Virus record (IMG/VR): IMGVR_UViG_3300032236_001613
Location: 264,069 to 328,068 of that record
Direction: 5' to 3' (one strand)
DNA: 64,000 nucleotides
A program made the position numbers and the translations under genes. The notes beneath the pieces were generated by a model. That model was given only the letters and a program-made list of their open reading frames with translations. It was not told where the DNA came from and did no database searches. This document shows positions 47,422 to 59,200 of the stretch, piece by piece (within the stretch, counting starts at the first letter, position 1; each line of letters begins with the position of its first letter).

Positions 47422-47940
47422 ATGTCAACTGATTGGTCATACTCAACTATAATAACTCAATATGCTGAAGTAGAGCAGCATATCCCGTGGAAAGATAACG
47501 GAACAAATTTTGTTGATGCAATGTATTGCGATAATAGTTTTTTAGAAACTACCTCACCTTTATTGCATATTTCAAGAACTCCTAATAATGATTTAAAAAT
47601 GAAAACCTGGTTTCTTAAGTTTACCGGGTTTTCATTTAATAATCTTCCATTATCAATTTCAGGTTTAGAAGCAGAATTAGGTATGAATAGGGAAGGTAGA
47701 ATTACTGATGAAACTATTCAACTAACTTATAATAATACGGACATTGGAAAAAATCAAGCAGATTTTCGATTGGATATGTTTAAATTATATGGCGGACCTA
47801 ACGATCTTTGGGATTTTAGTTTAACTAGCACAGTAATAAATGATCCTAGTTTCGGTATTATTTTAAGATTTCAAAGTCATCCTAGTTGGCCTCATAAATC
47901 AACGCCGATGATCGACTACATACGGCTGAGAGTTTACTAA
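47422..47940 (+). CDS. Hypothetical late protein (beta-rich)
   Basis: Start reassigned to ATG 47422, because the track's 47392 start lies inside the terminator; TAAATA at 47411-16. Confidence 0.7.
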   Translation: MSTDWSYSTIITQYAEVEQHIPWKDNGTNFVDAMYCDNSFLETTSPLLHISRTPNNDLKMKTWFLKFTGFSFNNLPLSISGLEAELGMNREGRITDETIQLTYNNTDIGKNQADFRLDMFKLYGGPNDLWDFSLTSTVINDPSFGIILRFQSHPSWPHKSTPMIDYIRLRVY

Positions 47941-47968
47941 ACCAATAAATACACAAAAGGAAATCTAA

Positions 47969-48997
47969 ATGACTACCGATGTTTTAAAAGTAGAAGGGAA
48001 TTATCTAGTTTATGCACCTAACGGTGACATTACTTTAAACGTCACGAGTCCTACTACTACCGGAACGGTACGTATCGTTGGAAATTTAGATATTGTCGGA
48101 CAAACTACGCAAATTGAAAGTACAAGTTCTTTAATAAATGATAACATAATTGTTTTAAATGCTAACGAACCAAATAACTATATTACATTGCAAACTAGTG
48201 GAATAGCAATTGATCGCGGTAGTAACACCGATCTAACAAATGCTGCTACTTTTTTATATGTTGATAGTGTATTAGGTACTCCAGTGTACTGGACTATGAC
48301 TTCCGGTAGTTCAGGAACTTATACAACAACTCAGTATCGAGGATATTTTGAATTAAAATCTGCTTCACAAGAAACAGCATTAACAGTAGCAGCAATAAGA
48401 ACAAATAGTCCAACTGGAACATTAAATTTACTAGGCAGTGACAATCCTGGTGGAATGTTAAACGTTAAAGGAGCTGTAAATTATTCTTCTAGAGTAATTG
48501 ATCCGAACGATATTCCTAATAAAGATTATGTCGACAACGCAGTATATACAGGCACTGTTTATGCTAAAAAATTACAAGTTGGAAACTCATTTGTCGAATT
48601 AAATGACAATAGTGTAGCATATACTGATCCTTTTTATGCAGCACAAGACCGTATGTTTGTAGGGCTAGGATCATCAGCTAATATTGTTTTAGATTTAAGA
48701 GCTAACGGTATCGCTAAGTTTTCAGGATTAACGCTAGACAATCAATCAATTGAAGTTAACTCTGGCACAACTAATGATTTAACATTGATACCATCGGTTG
48801 GAAAAGGAATTGTGCTTAATGGTCCTATAAAACTTCAAGCTCAATCGATTGCTTTTACTGCTACAAATAACTACAGCACTATCTATTATACAACAAACGT
48901 AGGCGGAGGCGGTACCGGATTACATTTTGTAAATACACAACAAAGCGACGAATTAGTAAGCCGTAGAAAAGCAATCATTTACGGTATAATATTTTAA
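47969..48997 (+). CDS. Fibre/virion structural protein
   Basis: GNLDIVGQTT...DNIIVLN..E, SGIAIDRG and IPNKDYVD fibre motifs; TAAATA at 47946-51. Confidence 0.7.
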   Translation: MTTDVLKVEGNYLVYAPNGDITLNVTSPTTTGTVRIVGNLDIVGQTTQIESTSSLINDNIIVLNANEPNNYITLQTSGIAIDRGSNTDLTNAATFLYVDSVLGTPVYWTMTSGSSGTYTTTQYRGYFELKSASQETALTVAAIRTNSPTGTLNLLGSDNPGGMLNVKGAVNYSSRVIDPNDIPNKDYVDNAVYTGTVYAKKLQVGNSFVELNDNSVAYTDPFYAAQDRMFVGLGSSANIVLDLRANGIAKFSGLTLDNQSIEVNSGTTNDLTLIPSVGKGIVLNGPIKLQAQSIAFTATNNYSTIYYTTNVGGGGTGLHFVNTQQSDELVSRRKAIIYGIIF

Positions 48998-49007
48998 GGA
49001 ATGAAAA

Positions 49008-49328
49008 ATGGCAATAACTAATGTTACTGTAGGAATTACAACAACACAACTGTTCTTATCACCTACTAATACTGAACAAGCAGTTACCACAATGTTTTTT
49101 TGTAATACTTCTGCTACAACCGATGCTACTATAGATATATATGTAACACCGGGAGGTCAAGCAGTTGGAGCAAGTAATCAGATTATAAAATCATTACCTT
49201 TGCCAAAATCGGAAACATTTGTGTTTGATGCAGAAAAGATAATTTTAGAAAGCGGAGACAGTATTAACGCCGTTGCTAGTGTAGGTAGTATCATCGTTGC
49301 AACAATCAGTTCCGTACAAACATCATGA
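49008..49328 (+). CDS. Small beta-rich virion protein, paralog of 61790-62173
   Basis: T.LF.SP.....TTMFFCN...LP..ETF....KIILE.GDSI pattern. Confidence 0.65.
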   Translation: MAITNVTVGITTTQLFLSPTNTEQAVTTMFFCNTSATTDATIDIYVTPGGQAVGASNQIIKSLPLPKSETFVFDAEKIILESGDSINAVASVGSIIVATISSVQTS

Positions 49329-50113
49329 AATATATTAAGAAACTTGCTCTTTATAGTAAAAGTCCTATGGATGACAGATTTTCTGTGCTACAGGATTCTC
49401 GTATTGTAACTAATAGCACATCAACTATGCAGTTACCAACTGGCCCGTCGGCATCTCGCCCAATTACATTAGTAGACGGAACCGTTCGTTATAATAATAC
49501 TATTAAAGAATTTGAAGTTTATAATAGTGCAAATCCGGGATATACCTCCCCGTGGCAGATTTTAAGAACTATAAAACCAGCTAACATTACACCACAAAAT
49601 TTAGGATACGGAAATTACAATGATACTATTTTCGGTCCATTATCGTATACTGTAGATCCTACTAAACCTCAGAATATACTTGTTTTTGTAGACAATGTAT
49701 ACCAAATACCAACAACAAATTATACATTAACTGTGAATCCTAGTTCAGTCACTTCCACCTTATCAATTGATGCTCCTTCATCGACTACTACACTATATCT
49801 TAACACTCTAACTAATATCGATGCTGGTGAACCTGGAATTTGGAGAACAATAACTGCTCCAGGCGGACTACAAGCCAATACTACTATAACTAATGTAAAT
49901 TTTGTTTTCAATATTCCAAATAATGGATATGCAGTAGGAATATCTTTACCAACTACTGGAATTATTTCGTCAGGAACAACTGTAACTGTAAATTATGGTG
50001 CAGGTACTTATATACAGTTTACTGGGCCTGTGCCAGCTAAACCTGTATTTGCGTTATTAGGGTTTGATGGATACTTCCCTGCCGGTGCATCTGGCAACGT
50101 TTTTGAACCCTAA
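49325..50113 (+). CDS. Fibre/virion structural protein
   Basis: LPTGPSASRP....GTVRYN....FEVY and ILVFVDNVYQIP..NY motifs; ATGA-coupled to the upstream gene. Confidence 0.7.
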   Translation: MKYIKKLALYSKSPMDDRFSVLQDSRIVTNSTSTMQLPTGPSASRPITLVDGTVRYNNTIKEFEVYNSANPGYTSPWQILRTIKPANITPQNLGYGNYNDTIFGPLSYTVDPTKPQNILVFVDNVYQIPTTNYTLTVNPSSVTSTLSIDAPSSTTTLYLNTLTNIDAGEPGIWRTITAPGGLQANTTITNVNFVFNIPNNGYAVGISLPTTGIISSGTTVTVNYGAGTYIQFTGPVPAKPVFALLGFDGYFPAGASGNVFEP

Positions 50114-50149
50114 CAATACCATTTAACAAAACAATAATAAATATAACGA

Positions 50150-50237
50150 TGCTAGGAAAGTTTTTCTTAGCAGGAACATACTGTATTAAACCCGCAATGT
50201 AAGGTGGTTACCCGTGAAACTCGGTGTTGACAAGGAG
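50150..50237 (+). promoter_or_regulatory. Structured 5' leader RNA candidate
   Basis: 10-bp hairpin and a multi-stem junction between late promoter TAAATA (50138-43) and the AAGGAG RBS. Confidence 0.5.
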
Positions 50238-50242
50238 CCACA

Positions 50243-53200
50243 ATGGCTATTGGTCGTATATCTGGTCCATTACTGGCCAAAAATCTAATACGCGATGGCG
50301 TAGATTTAGCATTCGAAACAGATCTCCTATATCTTGATGTAACGACTGGTAGAATAGGTATTCGTAAAAGCAATCCTGCCTACGAATTAGATGTCAACGG
50401 AACGATTAATGCTAATAATTTAAAAGTTGTTTATACTGGTCCTGGAACCGGGCAGAGTCAATTAGGCAACTTAATTATATCTACAGGAACCATTAGTACA
50501 ACAGTAGGCCCGATTGCTTTACAACCGAGTGGTAATGAATCGATTAACTTAGTCGGTAATACAAATGTATTTGGGAACTTGCACGCGACCGGAAACATAA
50601 CCGCCGATGGTAACATTACATTAGGAAATAATACAGCAACTGATGTAGTTGTTTTTGAATCAGAAATCGGTTCAAACATTACTCCATCTGTTGACAACGG
50701 ATTTTCTATAGGCAGTATCGAACGTAACTGGTTAAATGCTTACGTATCAAATCTTGTTACTAACGAAATTAGTAGTACTGGTACAATTAATATTAATGCT
50801 GGTAGCGATTTATTACAAATTAACTCAGAAATTAGAGTAACTGGTAAAAATCCGATTGGTACTTCGCCTGTTATTACAAACGTTCTTCACGTTAATTTAG
50901 ACGGAAACGACACTAATGACGGTAGAGCTGCAGATCCAAGTCGAGCATGTCGCACGATTACTGGAGCAACACGCAGTCCTTATTACCGACCTGGAACACT
51001 AATTAAAGTATATAGCGGACATTATTTAGAAAACAATCCTATTTTATTACAACCAAATACAGCGGTTGTTGGCGACGATTTAAGAACAACTAGTATCGAA
51101 CCAATTAATAAAACTCAAGATTTGTTCCATGTGCAGAGCGGATGCTACCTTGCACAAATGCAATTCTTTAATGGAAGAAGCGGTCTTTTACCTGGACCAT
51201 ATGTTAATGGTACTAATAGAGGAGCATATTGCACAGCTTTTCCGCCTCAAGTTAATGGAGCAAAAATTGATCTTTATCAATCTCCTTATGTACAGAATTG
51301 TACAAATCAGAGCGGACCTTGGTTGGTTGACGGAACAATGTTTGTTCCTAACCAAACTGTGCAGGTTCCACAAGCAGTTGGTATAGCACAGTTTAGTGCA
51401 AACACAACAACAATCACTGTTACATTAACAAATGGTTCAATCGAACCAGGATTAAATGTTATTAGCGGGCCACAAGATCCGGGATTTTTTAATGCTAGAA
51501 CATTGATGCTATCTAACATCACGTTCATTCAAGAACAAGTAGTTGCATTTGTTAATCAACAAGTAGCTAATGCATTACCTGGATCACCTTTTTATCAATT
51601 TACATATAATCAAGCAAAATGCTATCGAGATGTTGGATTAATTGTACAAAATATTGCTTACGATGTTACGTTTGGTGGCAACGAAAAAGCAGTTGAGGCT
51701 GGATTATCATATTGGAACGGAGTTGTTAATTATATCGAAGGTCAACAAGTTCAAACCACTGATGCGATAAATTATATCGGTGAGTTATCTCAGTCAATAA
51801 TTGTAAATCAAGTTGCTCCAGTTATTACTACCGGAACAGCTCAGATTATTAATACTGCGCTCATCGGCGGAGGAATCGCTAGCGATGAAATTACAAATGC
51901 TATTAACATTATTACAACAATTATTAACAAAGGACCATCTTCTGCACCGACTGTCTTTAATAGTTGCGGTCCAGAAGCTCCATTGGTTAGTGCTGAACTA
52001 TTATTACAAGCCAATAGAAATTTCCTGCAGAACGAAGTAGTAGCGTATGTAAATTCAACATATCCTAATTTTGTTTATAAACAAGATTATTGCTTTAGAG
52101 ATACTGGATTAATTGTTGATGCTGTAAGTCAAGATATTATTGTTGGAGGCAATACAAAAAGTATTGAATGTGGATTAAGTTACTTTACTGGTGGCAAAGG
52201 CGACAGTAGCGTTGCTGAAACTGCTATTATTAATAATATTAATTTAATCAAAAATATAATACTGAATGGCCCTAGTGTTGCTCCACCGCCAATTGTTGGT
52301 CCAAATCTCGGCGGTGGATACTCGAACGCACAAGATATCTTAAAGAAAAATTTATTATTTGTACAAAGCGAAGTAAGCGCATATGTACGCAGCTTGTTCA
52401 ATAGCAATTTTAGATTAACGCAAAAGCAACAAAATTTATGCTACAGAGATATTGGTACTATATTAACTGCTATTGCCGACGATGTGGCAGCAGGCGGAAA
52501 TATTAATACATTAAATTCAGCATTATCATATTATAGTAATGGTTTAATTATTCTGCCAGGAAATCAACCCGCCGAGACATTAAAGTCGCTTGATTATTTG
52601 CAATATCTAGCAGTGAACATTGTTAAAAATAAAAAATTAACTAATTTATATCAAAACTATATTAAACAAGCGACCAATCCAGTTGTTGGAAATGCAAATC
52701 AAATTATTTCTATTGGATCAAATATTGATCGAATTATCGATATTATTAATAATGGTCCAACAACTATTATTAACGGTAGCCCAGTTATTCCAAGTCCTAT
52801 TGGCTTAATAGCAAGCGGCGATGCAGCAACACAAACTTCAGCTACATTATTACATGCAAACCGTTATTTTATACAATCAGAAATTGTTGCCTATATTGAT
52901 AATGTTATAAACAATGGCAGCGGTTATTATCAAAATTACAGCAGATCTAAATGCCTTAGAGATACAGGACTAATTGTTGACGCACTTGTACAAGATTTAT
53001 TATTTGGAGGTACAAGTCAAACTGACTTTGCTGGATTACAATATTGGAATCAAAACGGTTATACTGGTCAGATAACAGTTGAATTAACAGAAACTATTAA
53101 TGCGATAAATTACCTTTCATATCTTGCACAACAGATTGTGCAAAATATAACTAGTGGAACAAGATATACTGCAACATATCATCCGAGTGGTCCGACTGCT

Positions 53201-56200
53201 CATTCTCAGAACACTAGCTTAACTTCTGCAACTTCTGCCGAAGCAGCGATTATTTCTAGTGAATTTACAGTTATTACAAATATCTTAAACAACGGAACCG
53301 CAGGAGTAACAGATATCATTGTTCCTAACGGAATTGTAACTGGAACTGGTAATATTACTAGTGCTGTAAAACTATTACAAGCAAATAAAATTTATATTCA
53401 GGAGCAAGTTGTAGGATTTGTTGAAGCTACAAAACCAGGAGGATTTACATACGATCAATCTAAATGTTATCGTGACGCAGGATATATGGTCGATAGTGTT
53501 TGCTTTGATTTACTTTATGGTGGAAACAGACAAGCTGTTCAAAGCGGAGTTTATTATTATGCGTTTTCCTCAACCGGTGCTGCAATTGCTGACTCAGAAA
53601 AGTCTCAAACAACTGCAGCTTACAACTATATTAAAACATTAGTTTCGTATATTGTTAAAGGAAGCGCAGTACCGTCTCTGTATCAAACAGCAGTACAGCA
53701 AGTACTTCCTGGCTCTGTTGGTACATCAATTGAATCAGAGAAGATAAATGCTAATCTTGATTTAATTACTGATATTATTACAGTAGGACCAGGAATAGCT
53801 CCACCACCAATTCCGATTAGCAATCAGTTAACTTATAACTATAACGAAATTAATGCGTTTAATTTATTAACATCAAATAAAGATTTCTTAGCGGCAGAGC
53901 TAACTGGATGGATAGATGACACATTTAGTGTAGGGTTTAACTACAATGCAAACAATTGTCATAGAGATACCGGATTAATAGTTGATAGTATCGCGTTTGA
54001 CCTTTTACAACAAGATAACAGCCAGGCAATTTTTGCCGGATTACAGTATTGGAATCAAGCAGGATATACCGGAGCAATCGGAAAAGAACTAACAACAACT
54101 ACTGCCGCCATTAATTATGCAAAATGGTTAGCACAAAAAGTTGTAGTTAATTCCACAGTAACAAATTTACAAACAGGCACTACGCAGACTTTTAATTTTG
54201 CATCACCGGGATCGACTACTGCTAGTACAATTATTGGTAACCTTTTCTCTACTGTTACTAACATTTTGATTAACGGAACTACTGGAGTTACAAATCAAAT
54301 TGTTCCAAATACTACTGCAACAACTAATACAGCAACTTATAACGCTTATAATTTATTACAGGCAAATAAGAAATTTATTGAAGAAGAAGTTATTGCATTT
54401 GTTGATAATAACCTGTCTCAATATTATTATGATAAGACTAAATGTTCGAGAGACACAGGATTAATTATTGATGCTATTGCACTTGATTTGTTATATAACG
54501 GAACTAGTCAAAGCGATTTTGCTGGTCTACAGTATTGGAACCAATCTGGATACACCGGACAGATTACTGTTGAACTAGATCAAACAGTTTCTGCAATTAA
54601 TTTTGCTAGCTCTCTTGCACAACAAGTAGTACAAAATATTACTGCTGGTGTAAGATTTACCCCGACATATTATTTAGGAGGTACTCCAACTGCACAGACT
54701 ACTGGAACTGCAGCTACTTCAGCTGAAGCCGGAATTATTGCAACTGATTTTTCTGTAATCACTAACATTTTAATTAACGGAACAGCCGGAGTTACTGATA
54801 TTATAGTACCAAACGGTTACAGTGCAATCGGAGGAACTGTCGGTAATGCATATGCATTGCTAACTGCTAATAAGACCTTTATTCAGGAACAAACTGTTGC
54901 ATATGTTGAAACAAATAAACCATCGTGGTTTGTTTATAATACTGCTACATGTTACCGTGATGTCGGATATATCATCGATAGTATTAGATTTGATTTAAAA
55001 TATGGTGGCAACAAACAAGCAGTTCACAGTGGAGTCTACTACTATTCATTCTCGTCTTCGAGTAGTGCAATAGCACCTACTGAGAAAAATCAGATAACTG
55101 CTGCTTATAATTATATAAAAACATTAGTCGGATACATTGTAACAAATCAGACAGTTCCGGCACCGTATCAAACTACTGTTGTACAGAGTAAGCAAGGAGT
55201 AATCGCAACTAGTGCAGAAGTAACAGCACTAGATAATAATATTAATCGTATTACTACAATTATTAATAACGGCCCAAATACTACTATTAATGGATCGACG
55301 ATTACTCCAACTCCGATTAATTTATCCTTTAATCCTACACTTAATTCTCAGCATGCAGTTGCACAATTATCAGCCAATAGAGATTTTATAAGAGCAGAAG
55401 TTATTGCATACCTTGATTACTTTATTACTACACAAGCTAAACCGGTTTTTGTATACGACCAAGTTAAGTGCGAAAGAGACGTTGGGTTGATTGTCGATGC
55501 ATTAGCTCAAGATTTATTGTTTAATGGAACTAGTCAAAGTAATTTCTCTGGATCTCAATACTGGGCGCAAAGCGGATATACTGGAGCTATCGGCTCAGAG
55601 TTAACTACTACTACGTCAGCAATTAATTACATTAGAGATCTAGCAGTTAAAGTCATTAAGAACGATACAACAGGTTTAAGATACCAGTCAAACGTATCTC
55701 AATTTACTAATACCTCTATTGTTGTAACTACTACTGAACAACAAAAAGTTTATGACGAGTTTAACCTGATTGTTGATATAATTCTTAATGGAACTGCTAA
55801 TGTTACTGATAGAATTGTACCAAATAATTTATTTGCAAGTTCGATTTTATCTGTACAAGGTGCGTATACATTATTAGAAAATAATAAATCATACCTACAA
55901 GCAGAAGCAGTTGCATTTGTTGAAACAACAAAGACATACGGATTTGTTTACGATCAAACTAAATGTAGACGAGACATTGGCTATATGGTTGATAGCGTAA
56001 GCTTTGATTTACTATACGGTGGAAATAGACAAGCTATTCAAAGCGGTGTTTATTATTATGGATTTAGTAACATAACTGCTGTACCAAACGAGCAAGTGCA
56101 AGTTACAGCCGCATATAATTTCATAAAGAATATAAGTTCTTACATTATAACTGGTCAAAGAATTCCAGCACAATACCAAAATAACATAAGTCAAGTAACA

Positions 56201-59200
56201 AGTTATAATACTGGAACTAACGTACAAGTTACTACTGTAACTAATAATATTAATTTAATTACTAGTATTATTAACGGTGGTATTGGCAATGCATTAACTC
56301 CGACTCCGATTTCAATTACACCAAGTACGAATCCTGCAACATTAAATGCTGCAGTTTTACTAAATGCTAACCGTGCATTTATTCAAGCAGAAACTGTAGC
56401 TTATATCAACACAATGTATCCTGCAGGATTTAATTATAATAGAGATACATGCCGTCGAGATGTTGGATACATTATTGATAGTGTTAGCTTTGACTTGCTT
56501 CATGGTGGCAATAGACAAAGCGTTCAAAGCGGTGTCTACTACTACGGATATAATAGTAACAGCAGTGTTATTACATACGAGTTAGCACAAGTTACTGCTG
56601 CTTATGATAGAATCAAACAACTTGCTCGAGGTATTATAACAAATAATACAGTAACCACTACCATTGGAAATTCTACTCCGCAACAGTTTATATTGTCAGC
56701 TAATAGTGCAACAAGTGTTCAGATATCATATGTTGAAAACGAAATTGATATTATTACTGATATTATCAATAATGGTCCTAATCCTTATTATCCAAAGAAA
56801 CCTATTAACTTAGCATCAAGTTCTAATAAAGGTGATAGCGACGCTTATAAATTATTATTAGCTAACCGTCAGTTTATTCAAGATGAACTGATTGCTTATA
56901 TTAATTACTGGTTTGCTAAACCTTTCAATTATAATAAAGCAACATGCCAGAGAGATACTGGATTAATTATTGATGCATTGGCACAAGATTTATTATTTGG
57001 CGGATCGAGTCAAAGTGACTTTGCAGCTATACAGTACTGGAATCAAACAGGCTACACCGGCCTTATTGCAGTCGAATCTGCACAAACAATAGAAGCCGTT
57101 ACCTATCTTAAAAATTTAGCAGCAGAAGTAGTTCAAAATCAAACTACCGGAACTACTGTTCGATATATTACAGCCGCTAGTCAAAATACATCATACACTG
57201 CTGGTACATTAGCTAATGCAACAGCATTAAAAACTGATTTTGATTATGTAATTAATATTTTATCTAATGGAATCACCGGAGTAACTGATCTAATAGTTCC
57301 AAATAGTTTAACAGCTAGTAGCGATACAACCAATGCTGTAACAGTATTGCAAGCTAATAGAACTTACCTACAACAGCAGGTAGTAGCACATGTTAACAGC
57401 CTTTACACAGGGTTCGTTTATAATTCAACTAAATGTAGTCGAGATACAGGATTAATTGTTGATGCATTAGCACAAGATTTATACTTTCCTGGAACTAGCG
57501 GAAACAGTCAGATTGTATTCTCGGCGTTGCAGTATTGGGCACAAGGTGGTAATTTAAATATTCAAGGGACAGAACTTGCAGCAACCGAATATGCAATCGC
57601 TCAATTAAGCACAGCAACTGCAGCAGTTGTTACAACAAGTTTAGAAAAATCATTTGTACAAAGTGAATTTGCATTAATTCTTAATTTACTAAACGGTACA
57701 ACTAATCCAGCTACTATAACCGATGCTATCGTACCAAATGCAACTACTGCCGGAATAGGTGTTGTTCTTGCAGCATATAATGCTATACAGTCTAACAGAG
57801 ATAGTATCATATCTTCGGTTGCTAATTCGATAAAAGCGACTTATCCATATGTTTGGGGAAGCATTGACCAGGCAATATGCCGAAGAGATATGGGATTCAT
57901 AATTGATAGTATAAGTTATGATTTACTATATAATGTTGATCCGACATATGTTGCTCCGTCTAACAGACAAGCAATACAGAGTGGAATTTATTATTTAGGA
58001 TTCTCGAATACAACTAATATTCCAAACGAATTACCGCAAACTACTGCGGCATACACATATCTAAAGAGAGTAGTTAGTTACGTTATTTCGGCACAAGCTC
58101 TACCAAACAAATACAGTGGTGCAAGTCAAAATATCAGTTTAACTGCAGGTACTAGTGCAGACATTACTGCTGTTACAAATAATATTAACTTGCTATTAAA
58201 TGTTATTAAAAACGGTCCTTCGGCTGCTGGAGGAATTTATACTCCAATAGGTCTAACACCGAACTCTGCTTCAGCAAATGCATTTGCTCTTCTACATGCT
58301 AATCGATCATTTATACAAGCAGAAATTATTGCTTATATTAACGGATTTACTTATAATGCAACAACTTGTGCAAGAGATGTCGGATATATAGTTGATAGTG
58401 TAACTTTTGATTTAACATACGGAGGCAATAGACAAGCTATACAAAGCGGTGTTTACTATTATACATTTGCCAATTCAACAAGTGTGCTTCCAACATCAGA
58501 AGTTCCGCAAACAACTGCAGCGTATAACTATATTCAAACTTTAACAAACTATATTGTTCAAGGAATACCATTACCGTTACCTTATCAAACCAAAGTTTCT
58601 CAAGTTACTAGTAGTTCGGTAGGGACTAGTGCTGAAATTTCCGCGATTGATTCTAACATTAATCGTATTACAACTATTATTAATAACGGGCCAACAATTG
58701 GTGGTAATCCGGTTACTCCAACTCCGATTGGATTAACACCGAGTGTTACTCCTGCGGTAATAAATGCTGCTAATTTATTAGAATCTAATCGAGCATTTAT
58801 ACAAGCAGAAGTAATTGCTTATATTGATACTACATTCCCAAGTGTATTCATTTACGATAAAATTAAATGTGCAAGAGACACTAAGTTAATTATTGATAGT
58901 GTAGCATTGGATTTAGTGTATGGTGGCAATACACAAAGCACATTTGCAGGGTTGCAGTATTGGGCACAAGGTGATTATACCGGTGCAATTGCATCTGAAA
59001 TAACTACAACTACTAATGCTATTCGATATGCACAATCATTAGTAACTGCAACAATAGCCGGATTTACATCTGCTATTAACAGTGTTAATTCAAATTTTGA
59101 TGAAATAGTGACAATTATTAATACCGGAACAAACGGTATTACAGATATAATTGTTCCTAACGGATTACCAATAACAAATACTGCAACTGTTACAGCGTAC

